Shown here one piece after another: positions 46,856-56,239 of a DNA stretch of 64,000 nt (position 1 is the first letter of the stretch; each line of letters starts with the position of its first letter). The notes under the pieces are model-generated. The model was not told where the DNA came from, did no database searches, and saw only the letters and a list, made by a program, of their open reading frames with translations. Location: contig OY761159.2 of assembly GCA_963664395.2 (NCBI GenBank), positions 1,504,001 through 1,568,000 on the forward strand, read 5' to 3'. The stretch comes from Candidatus Binatia bacterium. Its GTDB lineage: Bacteria > Desulfobacterota > Binatia > Bin18. The translations under genes and the position numbers were made by a program.

Positions 46856-49378
46856 ATGGTCAGCATGTCTCGTCAGCAATCTTGGCGAGTACGGCTACGG
46901 GATTTTTGTCTGCCCCTCACTGAAGTCCTGCAACAGTCGGTCCTCATTCATCTGGCACTCTTGTATCTCGTGGGCCAGGCCAGCATCGCCTGGGGGTTGC
47001 AGGCGGCTTCGCCCGTCTGGCTGGGCGGGCTGCTTGCATTCAGCGCGGCAAGCTGGGTTATGGGCGGGCTCCGGCTGGCCGTCCTGGTCAGCCTGCTGAG
47101 CGTCTCTTTCCTGACCGGCAATCTCAGCCTGCAGCGGGTCTACGCTCCGGATTTTCCTCCGCCGCACCTCCGGCATCTTTCTTTGCCGCAAAAAGTCATA
47201 CTGGAAGGCTGGCTGTTCCAGGAGCCGGAACGGGGTCCGACCCGTGGCCGGTTGTATCTTGAGGCGCAACGGGTCTGGCAAGACGGGCAGTCCCAGCCGG
47301 CAACGGGCAAGGTCCTCGTCACGGTTCGTCATTTCCAAGACCGCAAAGACCCCTGGCAGTACGGCGATGTGATGAAGCTTCCGCTCAAACTCCGCATCCC
47401 GCGCAATTTTCAGACGCCGGGCAGCTTTGATTATGCCGGCTATCTGGCCCGCCGGGATATCTACCTCAGCGCCTTTGTGTGGGATGCCAAGAAAATCAAA
47501 AAGGTCGAACTGGCCGACAGGGAGGGGACATGGCTGCGTCACCGGATTGAACACGTCCGGCGGACGGTCGGCGGCTTCTTTGACGAGCAGCTTTCAGCAA
47601 AATCCGCCGCCATTCTCCGCGCGCTGATTATCGGCGATAAGAGTCGACTTGATCCGGAGTTGCGCGACAGCTTTACGCGGGTGGGCGTTGCCCACGTCCT
47701 CGCCATTTCCGGGCTCCACATCGGCTTGGTTGCAACGCTGGCGTATGGGGCCTGGTGGTGGCTCCTGGCACGCAGTCAGTATGTGCTGTTGATGTGGTCA
47801 GTGCCCAAATTGGCCGCGCTCTTCACGCTGCCGGTCGTGCTGCTGTATGCCGGACTTGCGGGCGGCAGTGTTTCGACCTTGCGGGCGGTCATTATGGTTG
47901 CGGTCTTTCTCACTGCACGGCTGCTTGACCGAGAAGGGGAAGTCTTCCGCAGCCTCGCCCTCGCCGCCCTGATCGTGTCGCTGATCTGGCCGGGAGCCGT
48001 TTTTGATGTGTCTTTCCAGCTTTCTTTTGTGGCTGTCTTGGCCATCTTTCTCGGTCTGCATCGTTTCCAAACCTGGCGGGATAATCGGGACAAAACACGA
48101 GATGGCGATCCCTCCCAATGGCGACAGCAAATCCGGCGCTGGGCCGGTCTCTACTGTCTTATCACTCTGAGTGCAACGGTCGGTACGCTTCCGCTCGTCG
48201 CGACCTATTTTCATACCGTCCCGCTGGTTGGATTTGCGGCCAACCTGCTGGTGGTGCCTTTCCTGGGAAGTGCCGCCGTTGTGTTAGGTCTGGTTGCGAC
48301 AGCGCTGGTGTTTATTCACACGGGAGCTGCAACCCTGGTCGTGTGGTGTGCCGGAGCCGTGGTCTCGCTCGGTGTGTGGGTGGTCGAAGCCATTGCCGTT
48401 TTGCCCTTTGCCGCCGTTCACTTTGTGACACCAACGCTTTTTGAACTTATTCTGTTTTATACTTTATGTGTTTCCCTCCTGTTCTTTTCACACTTCCAGC
48501 CTCCCTGGTTACGGCGAATCTTTTTCTCCTGCTTGTTCAGTCTCGTGCTCTGTGACTGTACGTACTGGATCACCCAGCGCTATTTTCATACTGAGCTGCG
48601 GGTCTCTTTTCTTGATGTCGGACAGGGCGATGCCGCCGTAGTCGAGTTTCCCGGCTCCCATGTCATGGTCATTGACGCGGGCGGATTTCTGAGTCGGACG
48701 TTTGATTCGGGCCGGGTTATCGTCGCTCCCTTCTTATGGCAGAAGAAAATCGGACAGGTAGATACGCTTGTCCTCAGTCATCCCAACCTCGACCACTACG
48801 GCGGGTTGGAATTTCTGGCTGAGCACTTGGGCGTAACGTCCTTCTGGTTTAATGCTGACAAGCGGTCAAAAAGCCAGCGCTTCAAGCGGCTGATGACAAC
48901 GCTGGAAAGAAACGGTGTCGAAATACGCCCTTTGTGCAGTGGCTCTCAGGACCAGGAAATAAACAGCGTCCGCATCCAAATCCTCCATCCTCCCTGCAGC
49001 CAGACCGGACTGGACACAAACGATGCGTCCCTTGTGCTGCGCCTCAGTCATGGAGAGGTGGATATTCTTTTTTCCGGGGATGTCGAGACGGCCGGGGAGC
49101 GCATCCTTCTCTCAACGTCGGCACAACTTGCAAGTGAGATTCTCAAAGTCCCGCATCATGGCAGCCGGAGTTCAAGCACCCTGCCCTTTCTTGAAGCCGT
49201 GTCTCCCCAGGTTGCGATCGCCTCGCTGGGGCATCACAACCGCTTTCGGTTTCCCGCCCCAAAGGTGGTGGACCGCTATGAGCGGCGGGGCGTAGAATTG
49301 CTCAGAACGGACCAGGCGGGGACGATAACGGTGCTGAGTGACGGGAAGAGCTATCGGGTTGAGACCTTCTTGCCTTAG
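46856..49378 (+). CDS. comEC: ComEC/Rec2 DNA uptake channel
   Basis: NFQTPGSFDY, HVLAISGLHIG, SFQLSF, DVGQGDA, SHPNLDHYGG and KVPHHGS motifs. Confidence 0.95.
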   Translation: MVSMSRQQSWRVRLRDFCLPLTEVLQQSVLIHLALLYLVGQASIAWGLQAASPVWLGGLLAFSAASWVMGGLRLAVLVSLLSVSFLTGNLSLQRVYAPDFPPPHLRHLSLPQKVILEGWLFQEPERGPTRGRLYLEAQRVWQDGQSQPATGKVLVTVRHFQDRKDPWQYGDVMKLPLKLRIPRNFQTPGSFDYAGYLARRDIYLSAFVWDAKKIKKVELADREGTWLRHRIEHVRRTVGGFFDEQLSAKSAAILRALIIGDKSRLDPELRDSFTRVGVAHVLAISGLHIGLVATLAYGAWWWLLARSQYVLLMWSVPKLAALFTLPVVLLYAGLAGGSVSTLRAVIMVAVFLTARLLDREGEVFRSLALAALIVSLIWPGAVFDVSFQLSFVAVLAIFLGLHRFQTWRDNRDKTRDGDPSQWRQQIRRWAGLYCLITLSATVGTLPLVATYFHTVPLVGFAANLLVVPFLGSAAVVLGLVATALVFIHTGAATLVVWCAGAVVSLGVWVVEAIAVLPFAAVHFVTPTLFELILFYTLCVSLLFFSHFQPPWLRRIFFSCLFSLVLCDCTYWITQRYFHTELRVSFLDVGQGDAAVVEFPGSHVMVIDAGGFLSRTFDSGRVIVAPFLWQKKIGQVDTLVLSHPNLDHYGGLEFLAEHLGVTSFWFNADKRSKSQRFKRLMTTLERNGVEIRPLCSGSQDQEINSVRIQILHPPCSQTGLDTNDASLVLRLSHGEVDILFSGDVETAGERILLSTSAQLASEILKVPHHGSRSSSTLPFLEAVSPQVAIASLGHHNRFRFPAPKVVDRYERRGVELLRTDQAGTITVLSDGKSYRVETFLP

Positions 49379-49511
49379 TTGAACCGCGAGACTGAACCGC
49401 TCCAGGTGAGAGGATAACTTGACAGTCTCTGAGGGAAGGAGGTACCACCAGAGGCGAATAGTCGCGCCTGGGAGGGCGTTCCTTTTACCTTCCTGTTGCG
49501 AAGGCCTCACA

Positions 49512-50222
49512 ATGCCACCACCTCTACTGAAACTCGAAAACGTCTCTCGCCTTCTCGGGGATCGTTGGTGTCTGCGCAACCTCAGCCTCGACATCATGCC
49601 GGGTGAAGTCGTCGCCGTGGTCGGAGCCAACGGTGCGGGGAAGACTACTCTGCTCCGCCTCCTCTCCGGCAACTTGGCCCCGACCCGCGGCCGAGTCACG
49701 CTTGGTGCGGCGGACCTCTACCGCCAGCGAGATCGGGTGCAGACCCGTATCGGGCTGGTGCCTGAACAACCGGCGCTGTATGAGGATTTAAGCGTGCAGG
49801 CGTATCTCGGCTTTATGGGTACCCTGCAAGGATTATCCCCGGCTGGTCTGGCCGCGCGGATTGCGGCGGTTGTGGAAGAGTGCCAGCTTGGAGGGGTGAC
49901 TGCTCAGGTCATTCGCACCCTGTCCCTGGGCTTTCGTCAACGGGTCTCTTTGGCCCAGGCGCGACTGCATGAACCCGACCTGCTCATCCTGGATGAACCC
50001 ACGAATGGACTGGACCCGGTGGAGGGAGAAGCCGTTGCCCGGACTTTCCGAAGAGTCAGCGCGGGACAGACGACGGTGCTGAGCACCCACATGTTGCAGG
50101 ATGTGGCAGACTGGTGTCAGCGGGTGGTGTTCCTTCAGTCCGGTGAAATAATCGCTGACGAACGACTGGAGGAAAACATGGCCGCTCATGACGTCCTTGC
50201 GTTACTGCAACGGACGCTATGA
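49512..50222 (+). CDS. ABC transporter ATP-binding protein (GldA-like)
   Basis: GANGAGKTT, LSLGFRQRV, LILDEPTNGLDP and STH motifs. Confidence 0.9.
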   Translation: MPPPLLKLENVSRLLGDRWCLRNLSLDIMPGEVVAVVGANGAGKTTLLRLLSGNLAPTRGRVTLGAADLYRQRDRVQTRIGLVPEQPALYEDLSVQAYLGFMGTLQGLSPAGLAARIAAVVEECQLGGVTAQVIRTLSLGFRQRVSLAQARLHEPDLLILDEPTNGLDPVEGEAVARTFRRVSAGQTTVLSTHMLQDVADWCQRVVFLQSGEIIADERLEENMAAHDVLALLQRTL

Positions 50223-50268
50223 CCAGTCTCCAATCTATCCCTAGCAGAGGCAGACGGACCGAGGACTG

Positions 50269-51057
50269 ATGCGCAAAATTTTGGCGATATGCCGCAAGGA
50301 ATGGCAGGTGTTCTTCTCTTCGGCAACGGTGCTGAGCGTGTGCGGAGGATTCTGGCTCATGGCCGGGGTGTTCTTTTTTGACCGTGTCCAGCGCTATAAC
50401 GAGCTCTTGTTTCGAGCCGAGATGCAATTGGTCTTGCCCGATTTTTCCGGGGCCCTGCCGGCTGAGCTGAATGTCGAGGACCAACTCCTGACCCCCTTTC
50501 TGTTTCAGTTAGTCCTGCTCCTGACGGTCTTCGTGCCCATCCTGACGATGCGGACCGTGGCGGAAGAGAAACGCACCGGGACCTTGGCGCTGCTCTTTAC
50601 CAGCCAAGTGACAGCCGGTCAGCTTGCCATCGGAAAATTCTTCGCCTGCTGGTCGTTTCTGAATGTGATGATTGTCATCGCCTTTGGCTTTCCGCTGGCC
50701 CTGTCCTGGAAGGTTGGCATCGCGGTCGGACCCCTGCTGGGAGTATTTGTCGGTCTGGTCTGTGTCGGGATGGCCCTGGTTGGGTTTGGGATTTTTTGCT
50801 CGTCCCTGACCGCCCGTCAGAGCGTGGCTGTGCTGCTTGCCTATATGGGTGCCGTGGTGTGGTATGATTTCTCCTGGGCGTATAATTTTGTCACAACGGC
50901 AGGAGCGCGAACGCTGGAGTGGCTGGCATTGTCGAGCCATATGGAAAATTTTGCCCATGGGGTTTTGAGCGGACAGGATATGACCTATTTTGTCGGAGCC
51001 ACGTGCTTCTTCCTTTTTCTGACCTCAGGCAGCCTCCTGCTGAGCCGGGCCGGATAG
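50269..51057 (+). CDS. ABC-2 permease (GldF-like)
   Basis: AICRKE, PILTMRTVAEEKRTGTL.LL.T and GKF motifs; about 6 TM segments. Confidence 0.85.
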   Translation: MRKILAICRKEWQVFFSSATVLSVCGGFWLMAGVFFFDRVQRYNELLFRAEMQLVLPDFSGALPAELNVEDQLLTPFLFQLVLLLTVFVPILTMRTVAEEKRTGTLALLFTSQVTAGQLAIGKFFACWSFLNVMIVIAFGFPLALSWKVGIAVGPLLGVFVGLVCVGMALVGFGIFCSSLTARQSVAVLLAYMGAVVWYDFSWAYNFVTTAGARTLEWLALSSHMENFAHGVLSGQDMTYFVGATCFFLFLTSGSLLLSRAG

Positions 51058-51060
51058 CGT

Positions 51061-52518
51061 ATGAGCCGGATACGCTGGATACGCCTGTTCGGGCTGCTCG
51101 GGCTGCTCTTTGGCCTGTTTGCCGGGGTGGGCTGGTATCTCATGGGTGGCCCCACCCTCTTTGTCCTCCTCCACGCCGGTCTGGCCGCTGTCGGCCTATG
51201 TGGCTGGAGCTGGGGACAGTGGGTTGTTCAGCGAGACCGCTATGCACGGCTCTCCCCCTTTTTTTGGCCGCGCCGCCTGGTGTGGGCCGGGGTGTCCATT
51301 CTCGGCGTACTGGTCGTGATGCTGAGTGGCCAGAAAGTCTGGCTCGATTTGACTCCCGACCGAATGCACAGCCTCACCCCGGCCAGTCTGGCCGTCCTGC
51401 GGACTGTGTCGCAACCAGTCGAGGTCGTGCTGAACCTGTCCGCTCGACGGGAAACCGGAGCGCTGGCGGTGTTGGAGCGCTATCGCCGCGCCTCGGACCT
51501 TATCCGGATCAGGGGCTGGGGTGACCCTGAGCACGCCGTCGCCGAGGCCGTGCTGCCTGGCGAAGGCATTCTTTTGCGTATGGGTGAGCACACGGAATTT
51601 CTGTCGCGCGTGACTGAGGAGGCGGTCACCAATGCCCTTGGCCGCCTGCGTCCGACCCCGCCAAAGCAGGTCTATATTTTGGCCGGCCACGGCGAGCCGG
51701 CCCTTGACGACTCCGGCCCGGCGGGCTTTGCCCAACTCGCCGCCGTCCTCCGCCAAGAGCGCTACCAGCCGCGGCGTCTGGTGTTGGTCAGCACGCTGGC
51801 GATACCGGCTGATGCCGACCTCCTCGTGGTGCCGTCCGGTACCACAGCTCCCCTGGTGGAGGAGCAGGACGAGATCGCCCGGTATCTGCGTTCCGGTGGC
51901 AGGGCCCTCTTTTTTCTCTCTTCGGCTCAGGCGACAGTCTGGCAGGAGCTGTTCGCCGGGCTTGGTATTGTCTGGGACACCCAGTGGCGGACTCAGCGTG
52001 TCGCTGCCCGTCCAGTCATCGGCCATCCCCTTGCCCAGGTCGTGCCCCGCAATAGTGTGGCCCTGCTGTCCGGCTTTTTCCCGCTTCGGGTCTGGGGTGA
52101 GCTGCCTCAGGGGGCTGAGGTGCAGCCCGCCTTGGTCAGTGATGAGTCCGCTCAACTCTCTCCGGCCCTGGCTGCCGCCAGAGCTCCCGGTCAGGGATTT
52201 CTCATATTCGGTATAACCGGGGAATACCCCGCTCCCCAGGCGCCCACCCCGACGCGCCTGGCCATATTCGGAAGCCAGGGCTTTGTGACCAACGCCGGGC
52301 TGTCGCGTCTGGCGAATCAGGACGTGGTGGTCGGGTGTATGCGGTGGCTGACCCAGGCTGCGGGGAGCATACAAATTATGCGGCAACCACGGACACCAAC
52401 GCAGGTGATCGTTGCGCCCGAATCGCTTGAGGACACTTTTGTGTTACTGGTCTTATTCCCGCCGGAACTTATTTTGGTTCTGAGCCTGATTATGCTATGG
52501 AGAAAAGGCCGCATCTAG
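51061..52518 (+). CDS. GldG-like ABC auxiliary protein
   Basis: DLTPDRMHSL, VYILAGHGE, YLRSGGR and N.D...WL motifs; C-terminal TM segment. Confidence 0.8.
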   Translation: MSRIRWIRLFGLLGLLFGLFAGVGWYLMGGPTLFVLLHAGLAAVGLCGWSWGQWVVQRDRYARLSPFFWPRRLVWAGVSILGVLVVMLSGQKVWLDLTPDRMHSLTPASLAVLRTVSQPVEVVLNLSARRETGALAVLERYRRASDLIRIRGWGDPEHAVAEAVLPGEGILLRMGEHTEFLSRVTEEAVTNALGRLRPTPPKQVYILAGHGEPALDDSGPAGFAQLAAVLRQERYQPRRLVLVSTLAIPADADLLVVPSGTTAPLVEEQDEIARYLRSGGRALFFLSSAQATVWQELFAGLGIVWDTQWRTQRVAARPVIGHPLAQVVPRNSVALLSGFFPLRVWGELPQGAEVQPALVSDESAQLSPALAAARAPGQGFLIFGITGEYPAPQAPTPTRLAIFGSQGFVTNAGLSRLANQDVVVGCMRWLTQAAGSIQIMRQPRTPTQVIVAPESLEDTFVLLVLFPPELILVLSLIMLWRKGRI

Positions 52519-52534
52519 TACGACGAGAGTAGGA

Positions 52535-53611
52535 ATGGAGGCCATGGAAGGCGGAGCCGGAAAAGAAGTGCTGCTCGGCGCGTGCTGCCTGGTCGCACTC
52601 CTTGGCTGTCAATCGGCTGGCACACCGGGCACACCGGCCCAGGAGCAGGCCGCAAAACACACCATTTCACGCTACGATCAATACTTTGCTGCAACCGCCC
52701 TGGCAGCCGACCAGATCGTTGCCGTCGGACAAAACGGCAAGATCGTCTTGAGCCGCGACCGGGGCCAGAGCTGGTCTCTCCAGTCTGCCGGCACCGCCCA
52801 GTCGCTCTTTGGGGTGAGTTTTTCGACAGCGCAGGATGGCTGGGTGATCGGGGCGGGTGGCAGCATTTTTCACACGACCGATGGCGGCACCACCTGGTCA
52901 GCCCAAAAGAGCGGGACGGAACACAATCTGTTTGGGATTGCTCTCCTGAATGCCCAGCAGGGCTGGGTCGTCGGCGCGGCGGGCGTGATGCTGAAAACGG
53001 AAGATGGCGGGCGACACTGGCAGGATCGTTCCCTGGGGCAGGATGTCAATCTCAACGCGCTGTATTTTCTCGATGACCGGACCGGCTGGGTTGTGGGAGA
53101 GTACGGAGCGGTGTTGAAAACGCTGGACGGTGGGCAGACGTGGGAACAGGTCGCCGGCCAAATCCCAGACGCCGGTGGAGAGGAATTGTCCTGGGAAGAA
53201 CTCATGGCGGCCGACGATATTGGGGCCGGAGGGGTGAGTACCGTAACCCTGGGAGGCTTGGGGGAGGAAGATATTCTCTTTGGGGTCTACTTTGCCGACC
53301 AGGAGCGGGGCTGGGCACCGTCTACGGGCGGGCGGATTTTTTTGAGCGCGAACGGCGGGCGACACTGGGAGGTGCAGCAGACCGGCTATGAGGCGCCGCT
53401 TTTCGCTGTCGGGTCTGCGTGTCCCACCTGTCCGCTCTACGCCTGTGGCGGCAGGGGGCTGGTGCTTCAGTCGACTGATGGTGGGCATACGTGGAGCAAG
53501 GTCGGCCTGGCCAGACCCGTGTACTCGTATCTGCGCGATCTGGTCTTTCCCGGACAGGGTGAACCCTTCTTCGTTGGCACGCAAGGCACGCTGGTTGGAG
53601 CAGGAGTATAG
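52535..53611 (+). CDS. YCF48/BNR-repeat beta-propeller lipoprotein
   Basis: Lipobox LLGC; repeated GW.VG..G....T.DGG.TW (Asp-box) units. Confidence 0.88.
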   Translation: MEAMEGGAGKEVLLGACCLVALLGCQSAGTPGTPAQEQAAKHTISRYDQYFAATALAADQIVAVGQNGKIVLSRDRGQSWSLQSAGTAQSLFGVSFSTAQDGWVIGAGGSIFHTTDGGTTWSAQKSGTEHNLFGIALLNAQQGWVVGAAGVMLKTEDGGRHWQDRSLGQDVNLNALYFLDDRTGWVVGEYGAVLKTLDGGQTWEQVAGQIPDAGGEELSWEELMAADDIGAGGVSTVTLGGLGEEDILFGVYFADQERGWAPSTGGRIFLSANGGRHWEVQQTGYEAPLFAVGSACPTCPLYACGGRGLVLQSTDGGHTWSKVGLARPVYSYLRDLVFPGQGEPFFVGTQGTLVGAGV

Positions 53612-53713
53612 CTGGTCATTTAGAGTAGAAGCGTGAGGCAGGGCAGCCGTCAGCCGAGGGACGGGTTACCGCAGGCTACTGATTCGGACAACGGGCAGCG
53701 AGGAGGGGAGGGC

Positions 53714-56125
53714 ATGTCTGCACAGGAATCCGGTATCCATCAGACCGAGCCTCGCTTTGTCGGCGCACTCATGCGCTACCGTCTGCCCATCCTCGGGCTG
53801 ATTTTTGCGCTGACGGTCCTCTTTGCCGCACAATTGCCCCACCTCAGGATGTATAGTGAATTCAACGATCTCCTGCCGCAGAACCATGCCTATATCCAAC
53901 TCCATAACGAGGTGCGCGATATCTTTGGCGGCGCCAACATCGTGATCTTGGCCGTCGAGGTCGAAAGCGGTGATATTTTTCGGCCCGAGGTACTGGAAAC
54001 CTTGTACCACATTACCCAAGAAGTCGATCTGCTGCCTGGGGTGGACCACAATCAAATCGCTTCCTTAACCCACCAAAAAGTCCGTAAGATCTGGATTACG
54101 GACACGGGGATGGTGCTGTCCGAGTCGTTCTATGAGCCGCAGAACCCGCCTCGCGGAGACGGGCTCGACCGGCTGCGCGAGGACGTCGTCTCGAGTCCGC
54201 GCGTGTATGGGCGCTTGGTTGCGCCGAATTTACGTTCGGCCCTGGTGACCGCCCATTTTCACGAGGGCCAGCTTGACTATGAACGGATTTTTGCCGGCTT
54301 GCAAAAGATCCGCTCCCAATACAGCCGGCCCGGGGTACGAATCTATGCGACCGGTCAGCCTGTCCTGATGGGCTGGGTGTATTACTATCTGGATGAACTG
54401 CTCCTGATCTTCTCGCTGACCGGCGGCGTCATCATCTCGCTGCTGACGTATTATTTTCGTCGTCTCTTCGGGGTATTGGTACCCTTGCTGTGCGCCACGC
54501 TGAGCGCCATTTGGGGACTCGGGTTCTGTGCGTTCATGGGTTATAACCTCGACCCGCTCACCCTGGTCATCCCGGTGTTGGTGTCCGCGCGGGCCATCAG
54601 CCATGCCGTGCAGTTCGTCGAGCGCTTTTACGAAGAGCTGGAGCACTTGAGGGATCGGGAGGCGGCAAGTCGGGCGACGATGGCCGAAATGTGCCTGCCC
54701 GGCTTACTCGGTGTGGTGACCGACGCCACCGGTCTGGTGCTGATTGCGGTCGGAGCGTTCCCGCTCAACACCAAACTCGCGTTTTACAGTACCTTCTGGG
54801 CGGCGAGCATTGCCGCCACGGTCATCCTGCTGGTGCCCTTGCTGCTGGTCTCCTTGCCCCTGCCGCGAGACCTGCGGCTGAAGCATAATGCCCTGCGGCG
54901 GATACTACCGGCTATTGCCCGGGTGTGTACGCAGCGGGGCGCGGCGAAAGTGATTGTCGGGCTGTCGGCCGTGCTGCTCGTGCTGGGGTTATACGCGAGT
55001 TCCTGGCTGGTGGTAGGGACCGCGCGGCCCGGTTCGCCCATCCTCTATCCGGACGCGGACTATAACATGTCGGCGGCGATGATTAACCGGGAGTTTCCCG
55101 GCTCCGAAGAGTTGTTCGTGGTCGTGGAAACGCCTCAGCAGGGCAATATCAAAGACCCCCGCGTCTTGCGCTATCTGGAGAAGTTCCAGCAGTATATGCT
55201 GGACGACCCCGAGGTGGGTGGTACGAAATCCATTGTTGATCTGGTCAAACTGGTCAACCAGATCAACCACCACGACGACCCGAAGTGGGCCCAGATTCCC
55301 CACGATGCCGCGTTTGTGGGCGGCGTATTGTTTTCCTATATGGCCTCGGCGCCCATTCCGGGTAGCCTGGACGAGTATATTGACGCCCATGAGCGCCGGG
55401 CGAATGTTGTGTTTTACTATAAAGACCATCGGGGCCCGACCATCGCCCGGGCGATTGAGCGGGTCAATGCCTTTCTCACCGCCTTCCCGCCGGACGGCGT
55501 GACCCTGCGTCTGGCCGGTGGGCTGATGGGAGTCACGGCGGCCATGAATGAGGAAATCATCGCCTCCAACCTCACGATCACGACGCTCGTCTTCGTGGCC
55601 GTCTTTTGCCTGATGACCGCCGGCTATCGCTCGCTGGTGGCGGCGGTTCTCGTGTCCGCCCCGCTCGCTCTGGCGACGATCTCCGGGGAGGCCTTTCTCG
55701 CCCTGATGGGCGTCGGCCTCAATGTCAATACCGCGCCGGTAGTCGCGGTGGGCATTGGCGTAGGCGTTGATTATGCTATCTATCTAATGGATCGGATTAA
55801 GCAGGAGTACGCCCGATTAGGGGACCTCCAAGCGGCGGCCCAGGAGGCGATCTCCACCGCCGGGATGGCGGTCACCTTCACGGCCAGTACTCTGGTGGGC
55901 GGCATCATCTTTTGGGCGTTTCTTTCGAGTCTCCGCTTTCAGGCCGAGATGAGCCTGTTATTATCGGTTCTTATGGTGGCAAATATGATCGGCGCGATGC
56001 TCCTCTTACCGGCGCTGACCGTCCTGGTTCGACCCGCGTTTATCGTCCAGGCCGAAGGAGTAAGCGAAAAAGGGAAGGGCCGCGTCAATACTACACCAGC
56101 ACAAGAAGCAGGAGGGATAGGTTAG
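53714..56125 (+). CDS. MMPL/RND family transporter
   Basis: About 12 TM helices in two repeats; ARAISHAVQ and GIGVGVDYAIY motifs; typical partner of DUF1302/DUF1329. Confidence 0.9.
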   Translation: MSAQESGIHQTEPRFVGALMRYRLPILGLIFALTVLFAAQLPHLRMYSEFNDLLPQNHAYIQLHNEVRDIFGGANIVILAVEVESGDIFRPEVLETLYHITQEVDLLPGVDHNQIASLTHQKVRKIWITDTGMVLSESFYEPQNPPRGDGLDRLREDVVSSPRVYGRLVAPNLRSALVTAHFHEGQLDYERIFAGLQKIRSQYSRPGVRIYATGQPVLMGWVYYYLDELLLIFSLTGGVIISLLTYYFRRLFGVLVPLLCATLSAIWGLGFCAFMGYNLDPLTLVIPVLVSARAISHAVQFVERFYEELEHLRDREAASRATMAEMCLPGLLGVVTDATGLVLIAVGAFPLNTKLAFYSTFWAASIAATVILLVPLLLVSLPLPRDLRLKHNALRRILPAIARVCTQRGAAKVIVGLSAVLLVLGLYASSWLVVGTARPGSPILYPDADYNMSAAMINREFPGSEELFVVVETPQQGNIKDPRVLRYLEKFQQYMLDDPEVGGTKSIVDLVKLVNQINHHDDPKWAQIPHDAAFVGGVLFSYMASAPIPGSLDEYIDAHERRANVVFYYKDHRGPTIARAIERVNAFLTAFPPDGVTLRLAGGLMGVTAAMNEEIIASNLTITTLVFVAVFCLMTAGYRSLVAAVLVSAPLALATISGEAFLALMGVGLNVNTAPVVAVGIGVGVDYAIYLMDRIKQEYARLGDLQAAAQEAISTAGMAVTFTASTLVGGIIFWAFLSSLRFQAEMSLLLSVLMVANMIGAMLLLPALTVLVRPAFIVQAEGVSEKGKGRVNTTPAQEAGGIG

Positions 56126-56239
56126 CAGCAGCAAGGAGTGGGGAATAACGACGGGGCCGAGTCGAATAGCGTCCGGAGTCAGACAACGCGACTCAGTGTG
56201 ACTCAGGCCTCAACACTGTCAGGGAAAGGAGGGACCACC

